DNA of 61,908 nucleotides, the filler included, from Candidatus Delongbacteria bacterium (GTDB lineage: Bacteria; UBA4055), in NCBI GenBank assembly GCA_016937995.1. It is 6 parts of 6 records of this genome, joined end to end, with 100 filler letters (N's around TTAATTAATTAA, not from the genome) between each part and the next. Parts side by side here need not be neighbours in the genome. Positions count along the whole stretch, not along the records: positions 1 to 4,812 come from JAFGVM010000056.1; positions 4,913 to 16,199 come from JAFGVM010000058.1; 4 more parts are not named here. One strand, written 5' to 3'. The position numbers and the translations under genes were made by a program. Below are positions 1-9,967 of the stretch, one piece after another. The notes below the pieces were generated by a model. It was not told the DNA's origin and did not search any database. It worked only from the letters and a program-made list of their open reading frames with translations. Each line of letters begins with the position of its first letter. The first letter of the stretch is position 1.

Positions 1-1
1 G

Positions 2-733
2 TCTGAACCTGTATCCTATGATTTTGAAATTCTTCCGCCCTGGTGGCTGAGCTGGTGGTTTAAGACTGTCATTATCGGAGTCGTTGTTCTAGTTCTATGG
101 GTTATATACAGGTCAAGAGTGAATAAAATACTGCAGAATGAAAGATTAAGGACCAGGATCGCCGGAGATCTTCATGATGAGATAGGTTCATCACTTACCG
201 GGATATTTATGAGTACCGAGTCTATCCAGAGGTCAAAGGACGAAGATAAGATAAATAAAACGGCAAAAAAGATCGGGGTCAGAACAAAGGAGTTGATGCA
301 TACTTTCAGTGATATTGTATGGTCTATTGAATCAAGGAACGATACTATGGGTGAACTTTCTGACAGAATGGAGGAATTTGTCTTTAAGATGAGTTCAGAC
401 TGTGACATGATAATTATATTTAATTCATCAGGATTGAATAGAGAAAAAAAAATCAGCTCAGAATTAAGGCAGAATCTTTATATGATATTCAAAGAAGCCC
501 TTAATAACAGTATAAAGTATTCTAAGGCTGAAAAGATAGATGTTTCACTGACTCTGGATAAGAAAACTCTTACTTTGAAAGTTAAGGACAATGGAAAGGG
601 TTTTGCTGTTGAGAAACAGTCTTTCGGTGGTCATGGGATGAAAAGCATGAAGAACAGGGCTGAAAAGATCAGTGGAGTGTTGGATATTGTTGATGATAAC
701 GGGGTGCAAATAACAATTAATGTTAATCTGTAG
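2..733 (+). CDS. Sensor histidine kinase (HisKA_3 + HATPase), 5'-partial
   Basis: Frame is open from the window start (SEPVSYDFEILPPWWLSWWF, then a TM helix). H-box RIAGDLHDEIG, N-box EALNNSIKY, G-boxes DNGKGF and GHGMKSM. Confidence 0.92.
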   Translation, partial: SEPVSYDFEILPPWWLSWWFKTVIIGVVVLVLWVIYRSRVNKILQNERLRTRIAGDLHDEIGSSLTGIFMSTESIQRSKDEDKINKTAKKIGVRTKELMHTFSDIVWSIESRNDTMGELSDRMEEFVFKMSSDCDMIIIFNSSGLNREKKISSELRQNLYMIFKEALNNSIKYSKAEKIDVSLTLDKKTLTLKVKDNGKGFAVEKQSFGGHGMKSMKNRAEKISGVLDIVDDNGVQITINVNL

Positions 734-767
734 GAGACGCCTAACAGCCGTCCCCACTTCTAAAAAA

Positions 768-803
768 GATTGCCACGAATTTTGTAAAATCCTCGCAATG
801 ACA
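768..803. repeat. REP-like palindromic repeat (GATTGCCAC...TCGCAATGACA)
   Basis: The same end motifs recur at 6176-6207 and in degenerate form at 6264-6292. Confidence 0.6.
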
Positions 804-815
804 AAGGGATAAATT

Positions 816-1445
816 ATGATTAAATATGGAATCGTAGAAGATATAGAAGATATCAGAGAGAATATAGTCGACTGCATCAGCTCGGATGAACGATTCAAGT
901 GTGTCATTGAATGCGACAGTGTAGAATGTTTTCTTGGGTCACTGAAGGAAGATGATCTTCCTGAATTTGTTTTCATGGATATAAACCTTCCCGGTATGAC
1001 AGGTATTTCTGGTGTTAAACTTGCAAAGGAAAAATATCCCTCAATAGATTTTGTTATGCTGACCAATTTTGATGACAGTAAAAGGATATTTGAATCTCTT
1101 CAGGCAGGTGCTACCGGATATTTATTGAAAAGCACTTCATTCGATGACATTCATAAAGAGATCGAACTTTTATTGAACGGTGGAGCTCCAATGTCCCCTG
1201 TTGTTGCCAGAAAAGTTCTTGAATTCTTCAGACCGGATAAAAAAAAGAAGGATGACTCAAACCTTACTGACAGGGAAAAACAGGTTGTTGAAGGACTGGT
1301 TGATGGCCTTTCATATAAGATGATAGCCGGAAGGCTTGAGATATCCATCGGTACGATATTTACGCATATTAAAAATATTTATAAAAAGCTTCATGTAAAT
1401 TCAAAAGGTGAAGTAATATCTAAATCTCTCAAGGGGGAGATATAG
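816..1445 (+). CDS. NarL/LuxR-family response regulator
   Basis: Receiver domain (VED, MDINLPG, GYLLK) plus LuxR HTH (LTDREKQV...HIKNIYKKL); adjacent to the kinase. Confidence 0.95.
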   Translation: MIKYGIVEDIEDIRENIVDCISSDERFKCVIECDSVECFLGSLKEDDLPEFVFMDINLPGMTGISGVKLAKEKYPSIDFVMLTNFDDSKRIFESLQAGATGYLLKSTSFDDIHKEIELLLNGGAPMSPVVARKVLEFFRPDKKKKDDSNLTDREKQVVEGLVDGLSYKMIAGRLEISIGTIFTHIKNIYKKLHVNSKGEVISKSLKGEI

Positions 1446-1543
1446 GTTCATCCTGATTATTCTTCAATTCATCCATTTTTTAGATATTCTTTGTTATAAA
1501 TATTGTATATTGCTATTGAGGTTAAAATTAAGCGGGGTATATT

Positions 1544-4489
1544 ATGACTTTGAAAAATGTTGATAATGAAATAAAAAATATATTGATCGTAGATATTGGA
1601 AGTACGACTACGAAAGGTCTTTTATTAGAAAATAAAGATGGCAAGCTTGCATTCCAAGCTCAATTTGATGAACCTACGACTGTTGAAAAACCTTTTGAAG
1701 ATGTAAACATCGGATTAGAAAAGGTTATTTTGGGATTAGAAGAAAAGAGTAATATTAATATTTATGATGAAAATAAAAATATTCAAATACCTTTTTTAGC
1801 AACAAGTTCAGCCGGAGGCGGACTTCAAGTTTTACTTTTTGGTCTTACAAAAGCTGACACAGGAAAAGCAGTAGAAGCTTCTGCATACGGAGCAGGTTCG
1901 GTTATTATGGAAACTTTTACAGTTGATGATAAAGTTCCTGAAATGGATAAAATGAGGAAGATAAGAGAGCTTCATCCTGATATGATCCTGATAGCAGGTG
2001 GTATTGACGGTGGCGGTCTTTGGGGTATTTTAAGACAGGCAGAAATATTGTCGTTATCAGAACCTAGATCAAAGTTCATGCCTGAAGAGAAGATACCTTT
2101 GGTATTCTGTGGAAATGTTATGGCCAGAGAGTTCATAAAGCAGATGCTTGGTGACAGTTTTACTGTTCATACAACTGAGAATATCAGACCGAATCTGGAA
2201 GATTTTAATCCTCAACCTGTCAGAGATAAAGTCCATCAGCTTTTTATGGAAAATGTGATGGAAAATGCTCCAGGCTATAAAACTGTGACAAAACAAGTCT
2301 CAGAAAATATTCTTCCAACCCCTTCAGGTGTACAATTAATGATAAACAGCTACGCAAGAAAGCATAATGAGAATATGGTCCTGGTCGATATGGGTGGAGC
2401 AACGACAGATATGTTCAGCAGTATCAAAGGTGAGCAGCACAGGACTGTGTCAGCAAACATAGGTATGAGCTACTCAATTTCAAACATATTAAAGGAAGCA
2501 GGTATCGATCAGATACTTTTCAATATTAATAGCATTATCGATGAGAAAGATGTAAGGAATTACATCACAAATAAGATGCTGAATCCTTCATATGTACCTG
2601 ATAATCAAGAGGAAAGGTTTATAGAATTATCATGTGCTGTAGAAGGTGTGAAGTATTCCTGGAATCAACATAAAAAGATGAATACTGAAGTACGTCATAT
2701 CGGATTTTTAGAGAGAAGAAGAATAAAAATATTCAATGGAGACCTAGGTGCTTTTGAAGAAGCATTGAATTTTAATACAAATAAAGAAGTGTTTTTTCAA
2801 AATTCAGATATAGATCTTCTTATTGGAGCCGGTGGGGTAATATCTTCTGCAAAGAAGGATGAAGATATTGTATTCATAATGAACGAAGGATTTTTACCTT
2901 CAGGCATAACTGAATTAGCTGTCGATCGCCATTTTAAATCACCTCATTTGGGTATTTTAACGAAATTAAATGAAAAACAGGCATTAGAACTTTTTGAAAA
3001 TGAAACACTGAATAAAATTTGTACTGTAATTTCACCTTTCGGAACTATTAAACCTGAAAAAAATGTTTTGATCTGCAAAGACCTGAACGAAAATAAAGAA
3101 TTCATGATCAAAGCAGGATATGTAGTATATCTGAAGAACGGTGGAAATTTCAGTATTAAAACTGAAAAGAACATTTCTTTGGGTAAAGAGATCACTACAT
3201 TTGAAATAGATACTGATAAGCCAATATTGATAGATGCTAGAGGCCGTGGTTTTAGTATGATCCAAAGTTCAATATTTAAAGCTTTGTATAAATCAGATGA
3301 TAAATTAGATATGCCATCAAAAGTTATTAACGGTAGGAATAATATAACCAAAGGTAAATTCTTAATAAAAAGATCCTTGCCTTATAAAGGTGAGATATTG
3401 GCTTCAGTAGGTACAAGAGTTCAAATTGACACTGTTGTTGGTCAAAATCTGTTCAACCCTCCAAAAATATATATGGTTGATATAAAAAGGTTGGTTGGTT
3501 TTGAAAACAAACTTTCTAAGAAAGATATTATCGACGGTTTATTGGTCAAAGAAGGTGATGTTGTTGAGTTCGATCAACCGGTATTCGAATACAGAAAAGG
3601 AAATTCAATTATCCCAGTAAGCTATATATCAAATGCCAGAGGAGAAGTTATCAAAATCGATGATTTTGGAATGATAGTTTTAAAAGAGGTGCAGGATTAC
3701 GGTGATGAACCGGTTAAGATCAATGTCGCTAAAATATTAGATATAAAACCCAATTTAATTAATAAATACCTGAACTTTGGTTTAGGCAGTTTTGTACTTA
3801 GGAGACAGGTAATTGCGAATAAAGTATCAGGAAATAATCAAAAGGATATATTCGGTATGCTTGCAGGAATGTTCCGAAGCGAGGATAAATCCGGATATAC
3901 TTTCAATGAAGGAGATTATCAATCAGTAGCATCTCCTAGTACAGGATTTATAACCGAGATCAATAAAGAAACAGGCGAAGTTACTATCCAATATAAGAGT
4001 AAACCATATAAAATGCATTCCTTTGTTAATGGTATTGTCTCAACAGTAGAAAAAGGATTTTCGGTAGACATAGAAGTTGAAGGTTCTTCAGCTGATTGTG
4101 TAATTGGTTTCGGTGGAGAGAACTTTGGAGAGCTTAAAATTGCAAACATTCAATTAGACCAAAGTTACCATGATAAGATCGCGGTTTTCTTTGAACCGGT
4201 CAATATTGAAATACTAAATAAAGCAAAAACTTATAAGGTTAAAGGTATTATTGCTCCATCTATTGATAACAAAGACTGGGTGGATTATTATGGAAAAGAG
4301 ATAGGTGTTGCTTTAACAGGAAAAGAGAGTATCGACTTTACATTGTTGCTTACAGAAGGATTCGGAAAAGTCATCATGAACAAAGAATATCGGGAATTTT
4401 TCACAGAAATGAAGGGAAAAGTAGCCAGTGTGAACGGGCGGACTCAGATCAGAGCAGGTGTTATTCGACCGCAGGTGATTGTTTCATAG
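1544..4489 (+). CDS. GlmL (glutamate mutase L)-like ASKHA ATPase fused to an uncharacterised C-terminal region
   Basis: VDIGSTTTK, SSAGGGL, LVDMGGATTD and HRTVSANIGMSYS motifs; roughly 400 extra C-terminal residues. Confidence 0.75.
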   Translation: MTLKNVDNEIKNILIVDIGSTTTKGLLLENKDGKLAFQAQFDEPTTVEKPFEDVNIGLEKVILGLEEKSNINIYDENKNIQIPFLATSSAGGGLQVLLFGLTKADTGKAVEASAYGAGSVIMETFTVDDKVPEMDKMRKIRELHPDMILIAGGIDGGGLWGILRQAEILSLSEPRSKFMPEEKIPLVFCGNVMAREFIKQMLGDSFTVHTTENIRPNLEDFNPQPVRDKVHQLFMENVMENAPGYKTVTKQVSENILPTPSGVQLMINSYARKHNENMVLVDMGGATTDMFSSIKGEQHRTVSANIGMSYSISNILKEAGIDQILFNINSIIDEKDVRNYITNKMLNPSYVPDNQEERFIELSCAVEGVKYSWNQHKKMNTEVRHIGFLERRRIKIFNGDLGAFEEALNFNTNKEVFFQNSDIDLLIGAGGVISSAKKDEDIVFIMNEGFLPSGITELAVDRHFKSPHLGILTKLNEKQALELFENETLNKICTVISPFGTIKPEKNVLICKDLNENKEFMIKAGYVVYLKNGGNFSIKTEKNISLGKEITTFEIDTDKPILIDARGRGFSMIQSSIFKALYKSDDKLDMPSKVINGRNNITKGKFLIKRSLPYKGEILASVGTRVQIDTVVGQNLFNPPKIYMVDIKRLVGFENKLSKKDIIDGLLVKEGDVVEFDQPVFEYRKGNSIIPVSYISNARGEVIKIDDFGMIVLKEVQDYGDEPVKINVAKILDIKPNLINKYLNFGLGSFVLRRQVIANKVSGNNQKDIFGMLAGMFRSEDKSGYTFNEGDYQSVASPSTGFITEINKETGEVTIQYKSKPYKMHSFVNGIVSTVEKGFSVDIEVEGSSADCVIGFGGENFGELKIANIQLDQSYHDKIAVFFEPVNIEILNKAKTYKVKGIIAPSIDNKDWVDYYGKEIGVALTGKESIDFTLLLTEGFGKVIMNKEYREFFTEMKGKVASVNGRTQIRAGVIRPQVIVS

Positions 4490-4528
4490 TGAACAGAAAA
4501 AGGTGTATTTTCATATAACCAACAAACG

Positions 4529-4559
4529 AAGAGGATAGTTTCAGACGTCCTCTTTTTTT
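4529..4559 (+). terminator. Rho-independent terminator
   Basis: AAGAGGA/TCCTCTT stem followed by a T-tract. Confidence 0.7.
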
Positions 4560-4665
4560 ATGTTCAAAATTTTTGATTTTGCTTATATTAAAATTTATGT
4601 AAAATAATTTTTTATTTTTACGTAAAATGAATATAATACCCTGAACTTCTTATGGGGCAAACGGA

Positions 4666-4812
4666 ATGAATGTATATATGATTATAATTATAGCATATTT
4701 TACTGTGGTCATTGGAATATCTTTTCTGACAAAGAAAGTTGCGAGCAAGTCGGCAACTGATTTTCTTGTAGCCGGAAGGAACATGGGACTTGTTGTCTGT
4801 GCAGTCGTAGTA
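4666..4812 (+). CDS. Sodium:solute symporter family protein, 3'-truncated by contig end
   Basis: N-terminal TM helix followed by the DFLVAGR motif. Confidence 0.8.
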
Positions 4813-4912
4813 NNNNNNNNNNNNNNNNNNNNNNNNNNNNNNNNNNNNNNNNNNNNTTAATTAATTAANNNNNNNNNNNNNNNNNNNNNNNNNNNNNNNN
4901 NNNNNNNNNNNN
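4813..4912. other. Artificial contig linker
   Basis: N-run + TTAATTAATTAA (stops in all six frames) + N-run, 100 nt. Confidence 0.98.
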
Positions 4913-5078
4913 AACTCTAAAAATAAAAATATGAACTTATATAATCAAATCTTAATGAGTTACAACGATTTTAGCACCCACTTTTTGACCATTAACCCTT
5001 TTTAAATTATTAATTTTCTTTGATATTATCTACAAAATACGATAAATTGCTAACAACTGAAACAAAGAGAGTATTGAT

Positions 5079-5945
5079 ATGAAATACAGACACATTATAT
5101 ATCTTTTGATCATTGCATTTATTCTTACATCCTGTACATCATCAAGGAACAGAAGTGCAGGTAGTTTATCAGGTGCTATGGATAAAGCATCGGATGATCA
5201 TCAGGGAGAAAGAAAAGTTAAAGCTGTTGTAACTGAAGAAGACGAAGAGGATGAAGAAAACGAAGAATACTATGGTAGTCACGGTTACAACGGAGATACT
5301 GAATTTATCACTGTAGAGAAAAGTCAGAATAATTCAAACTCTGAAATAACTCTGGGTAAAGACCACTGGCTCGGATTCCAGTTTGGAACAGGGATCTTAA
5401 GCTCTGAAAGTTTTTACGGCATATCATCTTTCTCAGTTACCGGGAATCAGTTCACTTCTGAGAAGAGATCTGTAAGCTATGAATTGGGTCTCGATTATTC
5501 ACCCTTACAGACAGCGGAAGTTGATTTAAATGACAGTACAATAGTTAATGCTTTGGAAGGTGGTATTGTTTCACTTCATGCAGGATTCCAGAGAAGATTC
5601 TATGTTACACCTAAACATACTTTCCTCGGGAATTACTATTCTCTGGGTGCAAGAGTTCATGCTATGTTCTGGGAGTATAAAAATGAACTTGAAGTAATTG
5701 AATATGATGAATTTGACAATCCTATAGGTACGGACTATGTTAAACATGACCACATATGGGGAGTTGACTTTAATACTGCAGCAGGTTTTAATTTAATGCA
5801 GTTCAAACATTTTAAACTTGGAGTAGAGTTGAATCCCGGAGTGGTTATCTGGTGGTTTGATACGTATCAAGGTTTCTCTAACGATGTATTCGCACCGTTC
5901 TTATATCTGAAAACAAATTTCAGATTCCTTCTTGGTGGAGGGTAG
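5079..5945 (+). CDS. Hypothetical lipoprotein with beta-rich (outer-membrane-like) C-terminal domain
   Basis: Lipobox LTSC, acidic linker, alternating amphipathic strands. Confidence 0.7.
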   Translation: MKYRHIIYLLIIAFILTSCTSSRNRSAGSLSGAMDKASDDHQGERKVKAVVTEEDEEDEENEEYYGSHGYNGDTEFITVEKSQNNSNSEITLGKDHWLGFQFGTGILSSESFYGISSFSVTGNQFTSEKRSVSYELGLDYSPLQTAEVDLNDSTIVNALEGGIVSLHAGFQRRFYVTPKHTFLGNYYSLGARVHAMFWEYKNELEVIEYDEFDNPIGTDYVKHDHIWGVDFNTAAGFNLMQFKHFKLGVELNPGVVIWWFDTYQGFSNDVFAPFLYLKTNFRFLLGGG

Positions 5946-5963
5946 AGATCTTTTGACTTTCCT

Positions 5964-6135
5964 GCACTCAATGAAATTTAGGTTACCTGTCGGAAGTGAT
6001 TATTCACTGTTGTGTAAAAACTACCACTAGTATTATGGGATGCAGATTTTAAAGTGAATAATACCGGTAGACCCTAAATTTACATTCGTGCTGCCCTTTT
6101 CTTTCTAACTTTCTTTTGGGCAAGCAAAAGAAAGT
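5964..6135. repeat. Long imperfect palindrome plus terminal hairpin (MITE/REP-like or structured RNA)
   Basis: AAATTTAGG/CCTAAATTT and ATTATTCACT/AGTGAATAAT pair; then ACTTTCTTTTG-GGCAAG-CAAAAGAAAGT. Confidence 0.55.
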
Positions 6136-6175
6136 TTAAATAATACAAATCCTAAAAAAAAGAATGACGGTTTCG

Positions 6176-6207
6176 GATTGCCACACACCCAGGTGTTCGC
6201 AATGACA
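6176..6207. repeat. REP-like repeat, second copy
   Basis: GATTGCCAC...TCGCAATGACA, as at 768-803. Confidence 0.6.
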
Positions 6208-6211
6208 ACAT

Positions 6212-6241
6212 AAAAAAGGGGATGATAAGAAATCGTCCCCT
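6212..6241 (-). terminator. Terminator of the trx-trxB unit
   Basis: AGGGGATGAT/ATCGTCCCCT stem next to an A6 run (U-tract on the minus strand). Confidence 0.65.
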
Positions 6242-6296
6242 ACATTTTTATTAAATACCCCTGGATTCCTCCCGAATTCGGGAAGAATGACATAAT

Positions 6297-7217
6297 TTAT
6301 TTCGTATTCAAATATTCCATCACACTCAAAGCAGCGACAGTCCCGTCACTAACTGCAGTAGTGACCTGCCTGTACTTTTTAGTAACAACATCACCGGCAG
6401 CAAAAACACCTATCACATTGATCCTAAGATCAGCATCTACAATGATCTCTCCCCTGTCATTAATATCTAATATACCTTTAAAATGATCAGTTCTCGGAAT
6501 ATAACCAATAAAAATAAAAGCACCTGTTGCATTCAAAACCTGAGTCGAGCCGTTCTTATTACTCCTGATCCTGACAGAAGTTAAACTCTCATCCCCGAGA
6601 AATTCATCAACCTCATGCTCCAGAATAATATTTATCTTCGGATGATCGTTAGCTTCTCTGATCGCATGTTCATAACCCTGAAAATGATCGAACTGATGAA
6701 CTATAGTTACACTCTTAGCGTACTTGGTCAATGATACGGCTTCCTCCAGTGCAGAGTTTCCCCCACCGACGACAATAATATCCTGGTCCTGAAAAAAATC
6801 TCCATCGCATGTTGCACAATAAGAAATACCTTTACCTTTGAACTTCTTTTCAGAATCCAATCCCAAAGACCTCGGTTCTCCACCGGTCGCTATAATAACA
6901 GAATCCGCTGAAAATTCATCTTCTCCATCTATCTGAATAAATTTTTCTTTGCCGAGAATATCCATCTTTGTAATTTTACTGCTGGAATAAATTTTACAAC
7001 CGAAAGATTTTGCCTGTTTCTTCATATTGTTAGCTAATTCATATCCGGAAATTTCCAGAACGCCCGGATAATTGGCGATCTTATGAGTAAGAACCATTTG
7101 ACCACCTGCAGCTCCCTGATCAACTATCAAAACTGATTTTTTTGCTCTAGCAAGATAAATACCCGCAGTTAAACCTGCCGGTCCTGCCCCGATGATAATT
7201 GTATCGAATTTTTTCAT
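6297..7217 (-). CDS. trxB: Thioredoxin reductase
   Basis: GAGPAG FAD motif, CATCD active site, GGGNSA NADPH motif. Confidence 0.95.
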   Translation of the reverse strand: MKKFDTIIIGAGPAGLTAGIYLARAKKSVLIVDQGAAGGQMVLTHKIANYPGVLEISGYELANNMKKQAKSFGCKIYSSSKITKMDILGKEKFIQIDGEDEFSADSVIIATGGEPRSLGLDSEKKFKGKGISYCATCDGDFFQDQDIIVVGGGNSALEEAVSLTKYAKSVTIVHQFDHFQGYEHAIREANDHPKINIILEHEVDEFLGDESLTSVRIRSNKNGSTQVLNATGAFIFIGYIPRTDHFKGILDINDRGEIIVDADLRINVIGVFAAGDVVTKKYRQVTTAVSDGTVAALSVMEYLNTK

Positions 7218-7567
7218 TATTCTGGTTTCCCGAATTCTGAGTTAAGAATTGCTGTAACTTCTTGTTTGTTCTGAATACTACTGGTAGCTTTTACAACTTT
7301 ACCGTTCTTGTAATAGACAGTAAAAGGAAGACCGTAGAAATTACTGCATTCCGGAAGATTTCTTATAACCCCGGCATCAGGAATATCAAATTCCATATCA
7401 AAGAATTTAACATTTTCGTATTTATCTTCCAGATTTTCCATTATATCATAAACAGGTAAGCACATTGGACCCATTCTTCCGCAACATACCATAACATTTT
7501 CATTTTCTGATATAGCCTTTTCCAATGCAGAGGCTAATTCGATGTGATCCAGATTCGTTCCTAACAT
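7217..7567 (-). CDS. Thioredoxin-family protein with atypical CCGRMGPMC site
   Basis: Trx-fold features (GLPFT cis-Pro loop, YKNGK); translationally coupled to trxB. Confidence 0.85.
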   Translation of the reverse strand: MLGTNLDHIELASALEKAISENENVMVCCGRMGPMCLPVYDIMENLEDKYENVKFFDMEFDIPDAGVIRNLPECSNFYGLPFTVYYKNGKVVKATSSIQNKQEVTAILNSEFGKPE

Positions 7568-7702
7568 TATTCTCTCCTTGTTATTAGATTTTGTTATGAG
7601 TAGCCCTTAGACTACTTCACTAATATAATAACAACAGAACTCAATGTCAATATTTATTTTTGATTTTTTGTAATATTTAGTAAAGACGCAACATTTTGCG
7701 TC

Positions 7703-8554
7703 TCATTTCAGGCTTCCAATAAAAACTCGATCATTTCCGCCATAATCCCTAATGATCTTAATATCTTTAAATTTGTCCTTAAAGATATTCTTAACAGGTT
7801 CAGCCTGCTCAAAACCGATCTCCAAAAACAGCATACCGTCAGGCTGTAATATTTTTTCAATTATTTCATTTATCCTTCTGTAAAATTTCAAACCGTCACC
7901 TTCATCAGTCAATGCTGTTCTCGGTTCATGGTCCTTTACTTTAGGATCAAGACCATTATAATCTTTTAATGAAATGTACGGAGGGTTAGAAATTACAATA
8001 TCGTGGAGTGACCTTGATGGAGCATTCCTGAACAGATCCCACTTAAAAAATTTTATCTTACCTGAGAGTTCATTTATATCTGCATTTTTTCTAGCCGTAT
8101 CCAGAATTTCATTAGAAATATCGGAGGCAAAAAATAAATTATTCGGACATTCTTTCGCTATAGCTATAGGGATACAACCGCTTCCGGTGCCTATATCCAG
8201 TATTCTAAGATTTTTATCCGATAAATATTTGATAACTTCCTCAACAAGTATCTCTGTGTCATTTCTAGGGATCAAAGTGTGTTCATTTACCATTATCCTG
8301 ACGTTATAGAAATCTTTTTCACCCTTGATATATTGGACCGGTTCATTAAAGGAACTTCTTTTTAGTAATGGTCTTATCTTAGCTAGTTCCTCTTCAGTAA
8401 CTAACCTGTCATACTGCAGATAAAGATCAAGCCTTTTCATACTTAACGCACTTGAAACTATGAGTTCAGCATTTAATCTCGGTTCTTCGATATTGTGTTC
8501 TTTTAGGTAATCTGTAGAGAGGTTTAATATATCTAAAAGTTTTTTATCTGCCAT
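7703..8554 (-). CDS. prmC: Release factor glutamine methyltransferase
   Basis: EPVQYI, LIPR, LDIGTGSG, SNPPY and LEIG motifs. Confidence 0.95.
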   Translation of the reverse strand: MADKKLLDILNLSTDYLKEHNIEEPRLNAELIVSSALSMKRLDLYLQYDRLVTEEELAKIRPLLKRSSFNEPVQYIKGEKDFYNVRIMVNEHTLIPRNDTEILVEEVIKYLSDKNLRILDIGTGSGCIPIAIAKECPNNLFFASDISNEILDTARKNADINELSGKIKFFKWDLFRNAPSRSLHDIVISNPPYISLKDYNGLDPKVKDHEPRTALTDEGDGLKFYRRINEIIEKILQPDGMLFLEIGFEQAEPVKNIFKDKFKDIKIIRDYGGNDRVFIGSLK

Positions 8555-9951
8555 TATATATCGTACTTCCTTATTATCTCATTCAAATTTTGTTTGATCT
8601 GGGAAAATTCATTCTCAAAAATAGTCCTTGAACTTAAATAATATTTTTCGTCTGAAATATATCCGAAAACAGGAGTTTTACTGATCATCCTCATTTCTTT
8701 TGAAAGTTTAGAAACTCCAAGGTCATTCTGCTCTATTGAAACTGCGAGACCTTCAAGTTTTTCAGTAGGTAAAGTCCCGGATCCTGCCTGATCTAGAACA
8801 TTTTCAACTTTTACTTTCCAGTGTTTTGGTACAATTGATTCAATCTGTTCCTTCAATTTTTCAGATTTTTTCTTAAGATCACTTCTTTTTGCTGAAAGTA
8901 ACTTCAGAGTTAAATGACCTGAATTTACAGGGTCCTTTTCAACGAAAATCTTGAGGGTTTCCTCTAAAAGTGCCAATCTTATCTTATCCGTTCTCAATAC
9001 ACGCATCAATGGATTCTTTTTTACTTTTTCTATCAGTTCCTTACTTCCTGCTATGATACCGCATTGCGGTCCGCCAAGAACCTTGTCTCCGCTAAAAGAA
9101 TAAATATCTGCACCATCATTGATAGCTTCCTGGACAGTTGGTTCGTGAGGCAATCCGTATTTATCCAGATCTGAAAAGATCCCGCCTCCCAGATCATAAT
9201 AGAATGGTATATTATGTTTTTTTCCTAGTTCTGCCAGCTCTTTAACAGTAACTTCATCCGTAAATCCTTCAATTCTATAATTTGAAGTATGAACTTTGAC
9301 CAAAGCACCGGTTTTTGTTGTAATTGCATCTTCATAATCAGAAATCTTTGTCTTATTTGTAGAACCGACCTCAAACATCTTTCCACCGGATTTCTTGATC
9401 ACATCAGGCATTCTGAACGACCCGCCGATCTCTACAAGTTCACCGCGGGATACAATGACTTCTTTTCTTTGAGCCAACGTATTAATACATATCATTACTG
9501 CTGCTGCGTTATTATTGACTACCGTTGCCGCTTCAGCACCTGTTATAATACTGATAAGTTCACTTATTTTATCTTCTCTACGACCTCTCTTCCCTGTTTC
9601 AACATTGACCTCAAGGGTTGAATAACCCTGAAGAATACCCTGAAGATTTTCCAGAGCAACTTCTGATAACGGTGCTCTTCCAAGACCTGTATTTAGAACA
9701 ATACCTGTCGCGTTTACAGCATGGCGGGTAAATGGAAGAAATCTTTCTGAAATAGAATCTGATATCTTAGATAAAATATCTTTATCAATACTCTTCCTTT
9801 TATTTTTTAAGATATCACGGCGAACAGTATCCAGTTCATCCTGAATAAGCTTCACCAATATTTCATGCTTATATTTATTCCTCAGTGATACAAACTCATT
9901 ACTTTCAAGAACTTTATCCACTTTAGGTATATTTTTTAATATATTCTGCAT
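8554..9951 (-). CDS. selA: L-seryl-tRNA(Sec) selenium transferase
   Basis: NATGIVLNTGLGRA, VNNNAAA, SRGELVEIGGSFR and FSGDKVLGGPQ (PLP Lys). ATG at 9951 follows an AGGA RBS. Confidence 0.95.
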   Translation of the reverse strand: MQNILKNIPKVDKVLESNEFVSLRNKYKHEILVKLIQDELDTVRRDILKNKRKSIDKDILSKISDSISERFLPFTRHAVNATGIVLNTGLGRAPLSEVALENLQGILQGYSTLEVNVETGKRGRREDKISELISIITGAEAATVVNNNAAAVMICINTLAQRKEVIVSRGELVEIGGSFRMPDVIKKSGGKMFEVGSTNKTKISDYEDAITTKTGALVKVHTSNYRIEGFTDEVTVKELAELGKKHNIPFYYDLGGGIFSDLDKYGLPHEPTVQEAINDGADIYSFSGDKVLGGPQCGIIAGSKELIEKVKKNPLMRVLRTDKIRLALLEETLKIFVEKDPVNSGHLTLKLLSAKRSDLKKKSEKLKEQIESIVPKHWKVKVENVLDQAGSGTLPTEKLEGLAVSIEQNDLGVSKLSKEMRMISKTPVFGYISDEKYYLSSRTIFENEFSQIKQNLNEIIRKYDI

Positions 9952-9967
9952 TGTTCCTACCAAATTT

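Noticed and set aside
4813-4912. Repeated TTAATTAATTAA motif (five copies in the window) as a biological repeat
   Set aside because: Always embedded in identical 100-nt N padding; it is an all-frame-stop contig linker.
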